A stretch of DNA of 64,000 nucleotides from a virus. The stretch lies in IMG/VR virus record IMGVR_UViG_3300014720_000002; one strand, written 5' to 3'. Below, one piece after another: positions 8,238 through 15,131 of the stretch; within the stretch, counting starts at the first letter, position 1, and every line of letters starts with the position of its first letter. The translations under genes and the position numbers were made by a program. The notes below the pieces were generated by a model. The model saw only the letters and a program-made list of their open reading frames with translations. It ran no database searches and was not told the origin of the DNA.

Positions 8238-10631
8238 ATGATCGTTCCTGTTTCAGAACTCCGCGCCCGGTTCGAGACGGCTGACCGGCCGAACCAGAAG
8301 GACTTCGTCGATCTCATTGACACGCTGCTCACCCAGGCGGCTGGCACCGTGACCCCGGAGATGCTTGCCGCCGGGGGCGCGCGGACGATGCTGATCAACA
8401 ACCCCAGCAATCAGACGCTCTGGGCGGCGCTCTCCCTGGCCACGCTCAAGTCGTCGTTTGTGGCGGTGGCGACCAACAGCGGGAACGATTACACCATCGA
8501 TGTGAATCCTGCGCCGGCGGCACATGCCGACCTGGAGGGTGTGCCGTTGATGGTGCGCATGCCGGCGAACAACACCGGCAACGTCCAGTTCCGCGCGCAC
8601 TCGTCGCTGGGGTTGAAGAAACTCTTGTCGAACACGGGGCAGGAGCTTGGGGCGGATGATCTCACGGCCAACCAGGTGATCCTGGTGACGTTCAACTCCG
8701 CGCTGGATTCTGGCAATGGTGGCGCCTATCAAGCCATCGGTGTGCTGGGTGTGGATTCGTCAACGCCGCCCAGCGGTTCTGCCGGCGGAGATTTATCCGG
8801 CAGCTACCCCAGTCCTTCCATCGGCGCTGGTAAAGTCGTGCTGGCTCATCTGGCCAATGACTCGGTCAACAAGGACAAGCTGTTGGCTGGCGGAACTGAG
8901 GCGGCTGGCAAGGTGCTGGGTCTGGTGGTAGGTGGCGGCGGGCTGGAACTTTCCTGGGTGGACGACCAGAACACCGGTGGTGGCGGCGGCTCGTCCGGCG
9001 GGGCGACCAACTATTTCAACCTGGTGACCACGCCCACGGTCTTGGCTTCAGGCACCACGACCTACCCAACCACTTACACGCAGATCGCTGGCTCCACGCT
9101 GGCTGCCGCCGGAGTTCCGGTGGGTGCGGCGTTTGCGCTGGTGGAGATCTACCTCAAGAACGGCGACTCAACTTTTGAACTCTGGGCGCAGTCAGCTTCG
9201 GGCGCCCCTGAACTGCTGCTGGCCCGCAACGTGTCCGATTACGGCAGTGCCGGTCCTCAGGGCATCAGCGTGCAGGCCATGATTCCGCTGCACTCTGACC
9301 GTTCGTTCTACTACAAGTTCATCTGGACCAACGCCGGCAGCGGTCAGACTCACAACTGGGCGGTCAAGCTCATCGGTTATTACTCACCGGGCATTGCGGC
9401 GGCCGGGACGCAGACGACGGTGTTCCTGAGCAGCCAGGTGGAACTGACGTCGGCTTTGGCGTCTGGCGAATCGACTTTCGACCTGCGCACGCCGGGTTAC
9501 GTGCCGGCGCTGGCTACCGCCGCCGTGCTCTGCATCAAGACGGACGGGGCAGCCAATGCCACAGTAGAAGGCCAGCCGTTCGGCGGCTCTGCTTGGTTGT
9601 TGCTGCACCACACTGGTCCGGACTACGCAGGCAATAGCAATATCTCCAGCGTGCAGGTCACAGTGCCGCTTTCGGCTGATGGCCGGATGAAGCTGAAGCG
9701 CACCCTGAACATTAACAGCAATACGACGCAGGTCCTCCTCCAAGGTTACCTCCTTCCCGGCACCACGGCGGCCCCCATCCAGAGCGGCACAGCTTCAGTC
9801 AACGCGGGGGGTCTGTATGCCAACAAGTCCGTCATTACGCACGGGCTCGGTTATGTGCCACCACATGTTCGGCTGGTGCTGCGCTGCATAACCGATGAGC
9901 TTGGCTATGTGGCCGGTGACGAGATCCCGCTTGAGAACGTGCTCTATCAGGCCACCACATTCAGGGCGTTCGACTGGCTGGTCACAGCCAATACCGTGGA
10001 GATCTGGCGAGTGGACAATGTCACCTACACGCCCGCTGTGCTGGGTAAAACGTCCAGCACACAAGCGCAGATCACGCTGGCAAAGTGGGAACTCAAAGCC
10101 TACTGGGCGCGCGTGGACGGAGTGATTCCCGGCAACCTGGCTGGCGTGGTCAAGCAGATGCTGCAGGCTGTCAAGACCACCTCGGAGGAGATGACCGCCA
10201 GCGACGGCACCTGGTCAGCCATCTCCGGCCTGAGCCAGACCATCACGTTGAACCGCGCCACCAACAAGGTGCGCGCCCAGGCGGTGGTGCACCTGGGCGG
10301 CGTCAACAACTACCAGAATCCGATCCGTCTGGTGCGGACAGTGGGCGGAACGCCGACGGTCATTGGCATCAACACGGACACGCTGGACGCCGGGCTGGCG
10401 GGCTGCAATGCCGGTGCCATCGCCAGCGCCTACAGCATCGAATACACGCTGCTGCCTACCGTGATCGATTTCATCGACACTCCCGGCGCAGTCGGGCCGG
10501 TCACCTATCACGTCGAGGTTCGGCGCGGGGTCAATGCGACCAAGATCAACAAGACCGATTACGACACCAATGCCGCCTATGGCCGTGGACGGACGGTGAG
10601 CGTGCTGACCCTGACGGAGGTGGCGGTTTGA
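8238..10631 (+). CDS. Fibre/adhesin-like modular protein (orphan, outside the tail module)
   Basis: N-terminal ELRARFETADRPNQKDFVDLID, an AGGDLSGSYPSPSI motif, two related beta-sandwich modules, an ITHGLGYVP module, and a C-terminal domain (QMLQAVKT...FIDTPGAVGPVTYHVEV) of the type seen in phage fibres. Confidence 0.7.
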   Translation: MIVPVSELRARFETADRPNQKDFVDLIDTLLTQAAGTVTPEMLAAGGARTMLINNPSNQTLWAALSLATLKSSFVAVATNSGNDYTIDVNPAPAAHADLEGVPLMVRMPANNTGNVQFRAHSSLGLKKLLSNTGQELGADDLTANQVILVTFNSALDSGNGGAYQAIGVLGVDSSTPPSGSAGGDLSGSYPSPSIGAGKVVLAHLANDSVNKDKLLAGGTEAAGKVLGLVVGGGGLELSWVDDQNTGGGGGSSGGATNYFNLVTTPTVLASGTTTYPTTYTQIAGSTLAAAGVPVGAAFALVEIYLKNGDSTFELWAQSASGAPELLLARNVSDYGSAGPQGISVQAMIPLHSDRSFYYKFIWTNAGSGQTHNWAVKLIGYYSPGIAAAGTQTTVFLSSQVELTSALASGESTFDLRTPGYVPALATAAVLCIKTDGAANATVEGQPFGGSAWLLLHHTGPDYAGNSNISSVQVTVPLSADGRMKLKRTLNINSNTTQVLLQGYLLPGTTAAPIQSGTASVNAGGLYANKSVITHGLGYVPPHVRLVLRCITDELGYVAGDEIPLENVLYQATTFRAFDWLVTANTVEIWRVDNVTYTPAVLGKTSSTQAQITLAKWELKAYWARVDGVIPGNLAGVVKQMLQAVKTTSEEMTASDGTWSAISGLSQTITLNRATNKVRAQAVVHLGGVNNYQNPIRLVRTVGGTPTVIGINTDTLDAGLAGCNAGAIASAYSIEYTLLPTVIDFIDTPGAVGPVTYHVEVRRGVNATKINKTDYDTNAAYGRGRTVSVLTLTEVAV

Positions 10632-10939
10632 GTCCGGTGTTCAAGGCATTGAGCCGGCTGCGTCCAGGGGCGCTGTTCCGTCTGGATGGCGACACGCTGA
10701 CCGGGGTCACATGGGAGACGCCGGGGGTGGTGCCGGTCACGCAGGATGAACTCGACAGCATGCTGGCCGTCATCCAGGAAGAACAGGCCGCGCTTGCCTA
10801 CCGCATCCAGCGCGCCGCCGAATACCCCACGGTCGGCGACCAGTTGGACGATCTCTACAAGCGCGGTGCCTTCTCGCCCGAGATGACCGCGCGCATCAAG
10901 GCGGTAAAGGACAAGTATCCCAAGCCTTCCTCGGTATGA
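10628..10939 (+). CDS. Tail-fibre assembly chaperone-like protein
   Basis: AYRIQRAAEYPTVGDQLDDLY...IKAVKDKYPK motif, typical of small genes following fibre genes. TTG start overlaps the previous stop. Confidence 0.7.
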   Translation: MSPVFKALSRLRPGALFRLDGDTLTGVTWETPGVVPVTQDELDSMLAVIQEEQAALAYRIQRAAEYPTVGDQLDDLYKRGAFSPEMTARIKAVKDKYPKPSSV

Positions 10940-11118
10940 GACGCTGGTGGCAAAACCTTGTCGGCTGGTGGACCTGGCGACAGGACCGCCAGCAGCGCTT
11001 GCTCAGCCTGCGCGCTATTCGGAGGACCAAAGCGCCCCATTTTCGACGAGCGCAGTGGCTGATCTACGACATCGTCCGCCTGCTGGAACAGCGCCCACGC
11101 AAGTTTCTCCCCGCCTGA
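10936..11118 (+). CDS. Small basic hypothetical protein
   Basis: 60 aa, ATGA overlap with the upstream stop. Confidence 0.45.
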   Translation: MRRWWQNLVGWWTWRQDRQQRLLSLRAIRRTKAPHFRRAQWLIYDIVRLLEQRPRKFLPA

Positions 11119-11122
11119 CTTA

Positions 11123-11140
11123 ACGCAAAAGATTTTGCGT
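11123..11140. promoter_or_regulatory. Perfect 8+8 bp inverted repeat (operator-like): ACGCAAAA-GA-TTTTGCGT
   Basis: Seen directly, 9 bp upstream of a TTGACG box. A third ACGCAAA half-site overlaps that box. Confidence 0.6.
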
Positions 11141-11147
11141 GAATCGG

Positions 11148-11185
11148 GCTTGACGCAAAGCCAGCTTCCGCTCAACTTCAACCCG
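11148..11185 (+). promoter_or_regulatory. Putative sigma70-type promoter TTGACG-N17-CAACTT
   Basis: Intergenic, upstream of the kinase gene. Shares GCTTGACGC...ACTT(C/G)AACCCG with 40506-40544. Confidence 0.5.
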
Positions 11186-11262
11186 TCGAATGGGTGCGGC
11201 CTCTCCGGCTGCGCCCCGCCAGGCTGAGAGTTGGATGGTTGATTGTTGGTTTGCTGAAAGTC

Positions 11263-12006
11263 ATGAAACCGTTGCGTATCGCCTTTGCCGGCGCGCTTTT
11301 CTCCGGCAAGGACTTCGTGGCATCACAGGTGTGTGAGAAGAAGATCGGGTTCGCTGATCCGATCTACGCGGTGAGCCGTCACTTCAATGGGACGGACGAC
11401 AAGCAGGTGCCGGGCATCCGGCGCTTCATGCAGTTGGTCGGTCAATGGGGCTGGGGCTTCGTCTCCGAGGACCCCGATTATCAACACTCCCCGGTGCGTG
11501 CGCTGCTGTCCTCGCAGATCGTGGCACTGGGCATGCGCGGTGTGTTCGGCGATGAGTTCACTGGCTGGGAGAAGTTTGGACACTCCAAGACCCTGTGGGT
11601 GGACATGCTGTGGAATCGGCTGCAGAAGATCGAGCAAAGCTGCGCCATCACCAATGTGCGCTTCCCGCACGAGGTGGAGTTCTGCCGTGAGCGCGGTATC
11701 CCGCTGGTCCTGGTGGAGTGCTCGTTGGAGACCAGGTTGGAGCGGCTGGCTGCCGCCGGCTCGAAGCTGACGGAGAAGGAACTGACGGACACGAGCGAGA
11801 AGCTTCCAGGTGAACTGCGCAAGACGTTGCCGGACCATCAGATCATCTGGAACGACCATCGTCCGATGCCGGAAGGTGGGCAGGGCCGACGCGGCTACCT
11901 GACGGTGGAAGAGTTTGGAGCGCATATCTACCGGAGCGAGATGGCGCGCGGTGACACGGCTCGCTCCGGAGCGCGGGTGGAAATCCACGACCCGCTGCAC
12001 GCCTGA
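11263..12006 (+). CDS. Deoxynucleoside monophosphate kinase (T4 gp1-like)
   Basis: IAFAGALFSGKD P-loop, IGFADPIY, RRFMQLVG, LWVD, ITNVRFPHE. Confidence 0.85.
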   Translation: MKPLRIAFAGALFSGKDFVASQVCEKKIGFADPIYAVSRHFNGTDDKQVPGIRRFMQLVGQWGWGFVSEDPDYQHSPVRALLSSQIVALGMRGVFGDEFTGWEKFGHSKTLWVDMLWNRLQKIEQSCAITNVRFPHEVEFCRERGIPLVLVECSLETRLERLAAAGSKLTEKELTDTSEKLPGELRKTLPDHQIIWNDHRPMPEGGQGRRGYLTVEEFGAHIYRSEMARGDTARSGARVEIHDPLHA

Positions 12007-12269
12007 TGATCCCAGCCCAAAAACTGACCCTGCAGTCGCATTGGGCTGGTGCGCCCATGCTCGGCGGCGAACCCCTGTGGGAGATCCGCACGATCATGGC
12101 GCTGGACTGGCCGAAGAACCTGTTGACATTTGCTTCCACTGTGCTGCCCGAGAACGCGGTCCTGGCGACCACGACGATCGGGGAGTTTGCCCGCTGGGCA
12201 CGGCGCGAGATCCCTCCTCAGGAGATCCCGGCTGCCGGCATCCGCGCCTATGGCGCTTCCCTGCGGTGA
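12006..12269 (+). CDS. Hypothetical protein
   Basis: 87 aa, TGATG overlap with the kinase stop. Confidence 0.55.
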   Translation: MIPAQKLTLQSHWAGAPMLGGEPLWEIRTIMALDWPKNLLTFASTVLPENAVLATTTIGEFARWARREIPPQEIPAAGIRAYGASLR

Positions 12270-12278
12270 CTGAACTGT

Positions 12279-12353
12279 ATGAACCAATACCTCGAACTGC
12301 TTGACGACATCATGGCCGATGGCTTTACGCGCGTCGGCCGCAATGCGGATGGA
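12279..12353 (+). pseudogene. thyA: 5' remnant (about 25 codons) of thymidylate synthase; the frame closes at 12449
   Basis: MNQYLELLDDIMADGFTRVGRNADG aligns without gaps to E. coli ThyA [25 protein letters not shown] (M1, Q3-L7, G15, R21, G25), then similarity stops. Confidence 0.55.
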
Positions 12354-12489
12354 GTTGCGTGTCGCCAACCAGTTGCTACGCAGCGCACACGAGATCAGCA
12401 CCCGCGAAGGTCGCGATACCGACTGGGTAGCGTTCAGGGCCAGGCTTGAGCCGACCTTGGTTGTGCAGAACACAATACTCAACGGCTGA
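12319..12489 (+). CDS. Small hypothetical protein overlapping the thyA relic
   Basis: ELRVANQLLRSAHEISTREGRDTDWVAFRARLE reads like an amphipathic phage protein. The start is uncertain (12319, 12343 or 12349). Confidence 0.4.
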   Translation: MALRASAAMRMELRVANQLLRSAHEISTREGRDTDWVAFRARLEPTLVVQNTILNG

Positions 12490-12501
12490 CCCGCAACCTT
12501 G

Positions 12502-12532
12502 GCTTGTCTTGACGCCGGTGTTCAGGCACCTT
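12502..12532 (+). promoter_or_regulatory. Putative promoter GC-TTGTCT-N17-CACCTT
   Basis: Immediately upstream of the PAS gene. Same GCTTGTCT as at 32847. Confidence 0.4.
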
Positions 12533-12540
12533 CCCGGCAA

Positions 12541-13245
12541 ATGCCTGACGCCGGCGTCTCCCTTTTTGCAGCAGCTTTCGGATTGCAGCTTGTGCTGGGC
12601 TTGTCGCTAGTGATCCAACTGCTGGCCTGCTGGTGGTGCTGGCGCATGGTTTCCATCCGTGAGGGCGCCCGGCGGATTGGCTGGTTTCTGCTGGGTCTCG
12701 GGCTGGGCTTGATGGCGGTGCGCCGTGGCGCCACGCTGTTCAACCTGGCCCTGGAGGACACTGAGTGGGTATCCGACCACTTCTACCTGCTCACCTCCAT
12801 CCTGCTAGGATCGGCCGTCTATCTGCTGCGCCGTGGCTTCCAGGAGGAACTGGACCAGTGGCGCGAACTGGCTGAACAGCAGCCGACGATGGTGTGGATG
12901 GCCGGCGCCAACGGCGAGACCCTGTTCGTCAACCGGCACTACGCCAGCTACTCCGGCCTGACCACCAAGGACTGCTGGCACTGGGGCTGGCTGAACCTGA
13001 TCCACCCGGAGGACGTGGACCGCGTCACCAAGGCATGGCTGAGCAGCCTGAAGGACGGACAGCCGTTTGAGGTCCGGGAGCGCCTGCGGCGGTGTGACGG
13101 CACGTATCGCTGGCATCTCTGTCGCGCCTGGCCCATCAAGGACGGACGCGGCCGGGTGGTCCGGTGGTATGGCAGCAACACGGACGTGCACGATTTTCAG
13201 GAGGCGACCAGCTTCTTCACTGGAGGGAAAGACACACCGTCATGA
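12541..13245 (+). CDS. Membrane-anchored PAS/PAC domain protein without kinase domain
   Basis: Three hydrophobic helices, then a PAS fold: PTMVWMA...LFVNRHY...WLNLIHPEDVDRV...FEVRERLRRCDGTYRWHLCRAWPIKDGRGRVVRWYGSNTDV. Confidence 0.88.
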   Translation: MPDAGVSLFAAAFGLQLVLGLSLVIQLLACWWCWRMVSIREGARRIGWFLLGLGLGLMAVRRGATLFNLALEDTEWVSDHFYLLTSILLGSAVYLLRRGFQEELDQWRELAEQQPTMVWMAGANGETLFVNRHYASYSGLTTKDCWHWGWLNLIHPEDVDRVTKAWLSSLKDGQPFEVRERLRRCDGTYRWHLCRAWPIKDGRGRVVRWYGSNTDVHDFQEATSFFTGGKDTPS

Positions 13246-13727
13246 GCATGAACGATGAAGATCTGAAAAAGGCGTTGGGGCATCTGAAGGACGAGATCCG
13301 GACGCTGCGTTCGCGCGCTGACACCATGGTGGCGTCAGGCGACGCGCAGTATCGAGGCGTCGCCGATGAACTGCGCAAGCTGCAGGACTCGCTGGACCTC
13401 TGCATGAAGGAGGTCAAGGAACTGCCCCGGGTCATGGAGGTGGTGCTGCGCATCAAGAACGCGCTGTCAGGCCCGGAGGATGGTTCGGCCGACGGCTTCT
13501 TCTCCAAGGTGCGTCGCCTGCGGGAAGACCTGGATGCGCTGGTCACCAAAGTCAACACCGCCCAGCCCACGCACATGTTCATCACGCGTGACTCCAAGGA
13601 ATGGACGGAGATGACCCAGACCGTCAAGGAACTCGACAAGATCCGCCATCAGCAGATCGGAGCCATTGCCGCCGCCTCCACCATAGGCGGCCTGTTGGGC
13701 TTTGGCCTCAGCTTCCTCTTCAAGTGA
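13242..13727 (+). CDS. Coiled-coil protein with C-terminal transmembrane anchor
   Basis: Heptad-rich body ending in IGAIAAASTIGGLLGFGLSFLFK. ATGA overlap with the PAS gene. Confidence 0.65.
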   Translation: MSMNDEDLKKALGHLKDEIRTLRSRADTMVASGDAQYRGVADELRKLQDSLDLCMKEVKELPRVMEVVLRIKNALSGPEDGSADGFFSKVRRLREDLDALVTKVNTAQPTHMFITRDSKEWTEMTQTVKELDKIRHQQIGAIAAASTIGGLLGFGLSFLFK

Positions 13728-14239
13728 GCAGCAGCCCCAACACCGCCTACCTGCTGAGAGCCGCCAACGACCTGGCTAGAGACCTGGGGGTCTGCGCGCC
13801 CATACGGGTGCTCATCGTGGATGACGACCAGGAGTCCTGCTTCAATCTGCGCCGGGTCATGGTGGAGTTGTCGGGTGTGGACTACCAGGTGGACATCGAG
13901 ATGGACCCGATGCGGGCCAAGTCGCGGATGGCCGAGCAGCTTTACGACATCTACATCGTGGACCAGAACCTGGGGCACGGTATCATGGGGCTGGACCTGA
14001 TTGCCGACCTGCAACGAGAGGGCTGGCACTCGCCCTTCATCATGGTGACCGGCAGTCCGCTGCATGACCGTCAGGCCATGGCGCAGGACTGCATGGCCTA
14101 CAAGCTGAAGTCGGAACTCACGTCGCCGGACATGATCGACCGGACCATACGCTTCTCGCTCAAGAACTTCTGGACCCGGGAATGCGCGGGTCACTGCAAA
14201 CATGAAGAACCAAAGTCCCCAAGCCTATCTCCGGCGTAA
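13724..14239 (+). CDS. Stand-alone response-regulator receiver (REC) protein
   Basis: RVLIVDDD acidic pocket, YDIYIVDQNLG (phospho-Asp position), PFIMVTG, AYKLK. GTGA overlap. Confidence 0.88.
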   Translation: MSSSPNTAYLLRAANDLARDLGVCAPIRVLIVDDDQESCFNLRRVMVELSGVDYQVDIEMDPMRAKSRMAEQLYDIYIVDQNLGHGIMGLDLIADLQREGWHSPFIMVTGSPLHDRQAMAQDCMAYKLKSELTSPDMIDRTIRFSLKNFWTRECAGHCKHEEPKSPSLSPA

Positions 14240-14393
14240 GCAGGCGGGTGGGCTGGCGCCGAACACCTTCCCCTCCGGACGGGTGGCGGTGCCGCGCTTC
14301 GAGCAGGGCTTTGCGGTCACCACGCCGACCCGCCGGCTGGGAACGCCGCTCAAGATCCAGGCGGTCGTCTATATCGGAGCGTCGTGAATTGAT

Positions 14394-14422
14394 TTGCCCA
14401 GCCTGCTTCCGGGCGTTAGGGT
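14394..14422 (+). promoter_or_regulatory. Putative promoter TTGCCC-N17-TAGGGT
   Basis: Canonical spacing, about 20 nt upstream of ATG 14444, heading the run of genes that includes the beta' C-half. Confidence 0.45.
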
Positions 14423-14443
14423 GACCGTCAACAAAACGCGCTT

Positions 14444-14848
14444 ATGCCAGGACATATCAACAACGAGGACGTCAAGGCGGACTACCTGACGGACTTCAGT
14501 CTCTACGGGTCGGCCACCGGCGGCGTCGCTGCGGTGCTCAATAACCTTGCGCCGCTCGACCTGCTCAAGTCGGTCACGGCCGCGCGCAACCGTCTGCTGA
14601 TTGTCCCGCGCAAGACCAGCGGTGCTGGGGCCGGCACCGCCAAGTTCAAGGTGCACGCCAAGCTGCCCGGCACGCTGGACGCCGTGTGGGTGCTCGTGGC
14701 CGAGACCACCAGCTTCGGCGCGGCCGACAAGCTGGTCCGGTTCGACAACCTGCCGGCCGGCATTCTGGTGGTCGAGACCGTGGTCGAGACTTCCGGTGAC
14801 GTGGTGGCCGTGCACGTTGCGCACAACGAGAACACCGGCGTTCTGTAA
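14444..14848 (+). CDS. Hypothetical beta-rich protein
   Basis: 134-aa ORF with typical codon usage. Confidence 0.6.
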   Translation: MPGHINNEDVKADYLTDFSLYGSATGGVAAVLNNLAPLDLLKSVTAARNRLLIVPRKTSGAGAGTAKFKVHAKLPGTLDAVWVLVAETTSFGAADKLVRFDNLPAGILVVETVVETSGDVVAVHVAHNENTGVL

Positions 14849-14861
14849 TCCTCTCCCAGCC

Positions 14862-15131
14862 ATGGCGGTCTATGTGGACAACCAGCGGCTGCCGTTCCGG
14901 GGCATGCTGATGTCCCACCTGGTGGCTGACACCGAAGCCGAGCTTCATGCGATGGCCGGCCATCTCGGCCTGCGCCGCAACTGGTTCCAGAACAATCCGC
15001 GCGGCACGCCCCACTATGATGTCTGCCAGGCCACTCGGTTGAAGGCCCTGCAGGCGGGCGTGTTGCCCGTGGACCGGTCCAGACTGGTGGCCGTCATCCG
15101 CCGGCTGCGCGAACAACGGAGGTCCGCGTGA
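14862..15131 (+). CDS. DUF4031-family protein
   Basis: MAVYVD...SHLVADTEAELHAMA...WFQ...PHYDV...RLKALQAG. Confidence 0.75.
   Translation: MAVYVDNQRLPFRGMLMSHLVADTEAELHAMAGHLGLRRNWFQNNPRGTPHYDVCQATRLKALQAGVLPVDRSRLVAVIRRLREQRRSA

Noticed and set aside
14202-14387. 61-aa ORF between the REC gene and the 14394 promoter
   Set aside because: It overlaps the REC gene, has no recognisable motif, and cannot be told from a chance ORF.
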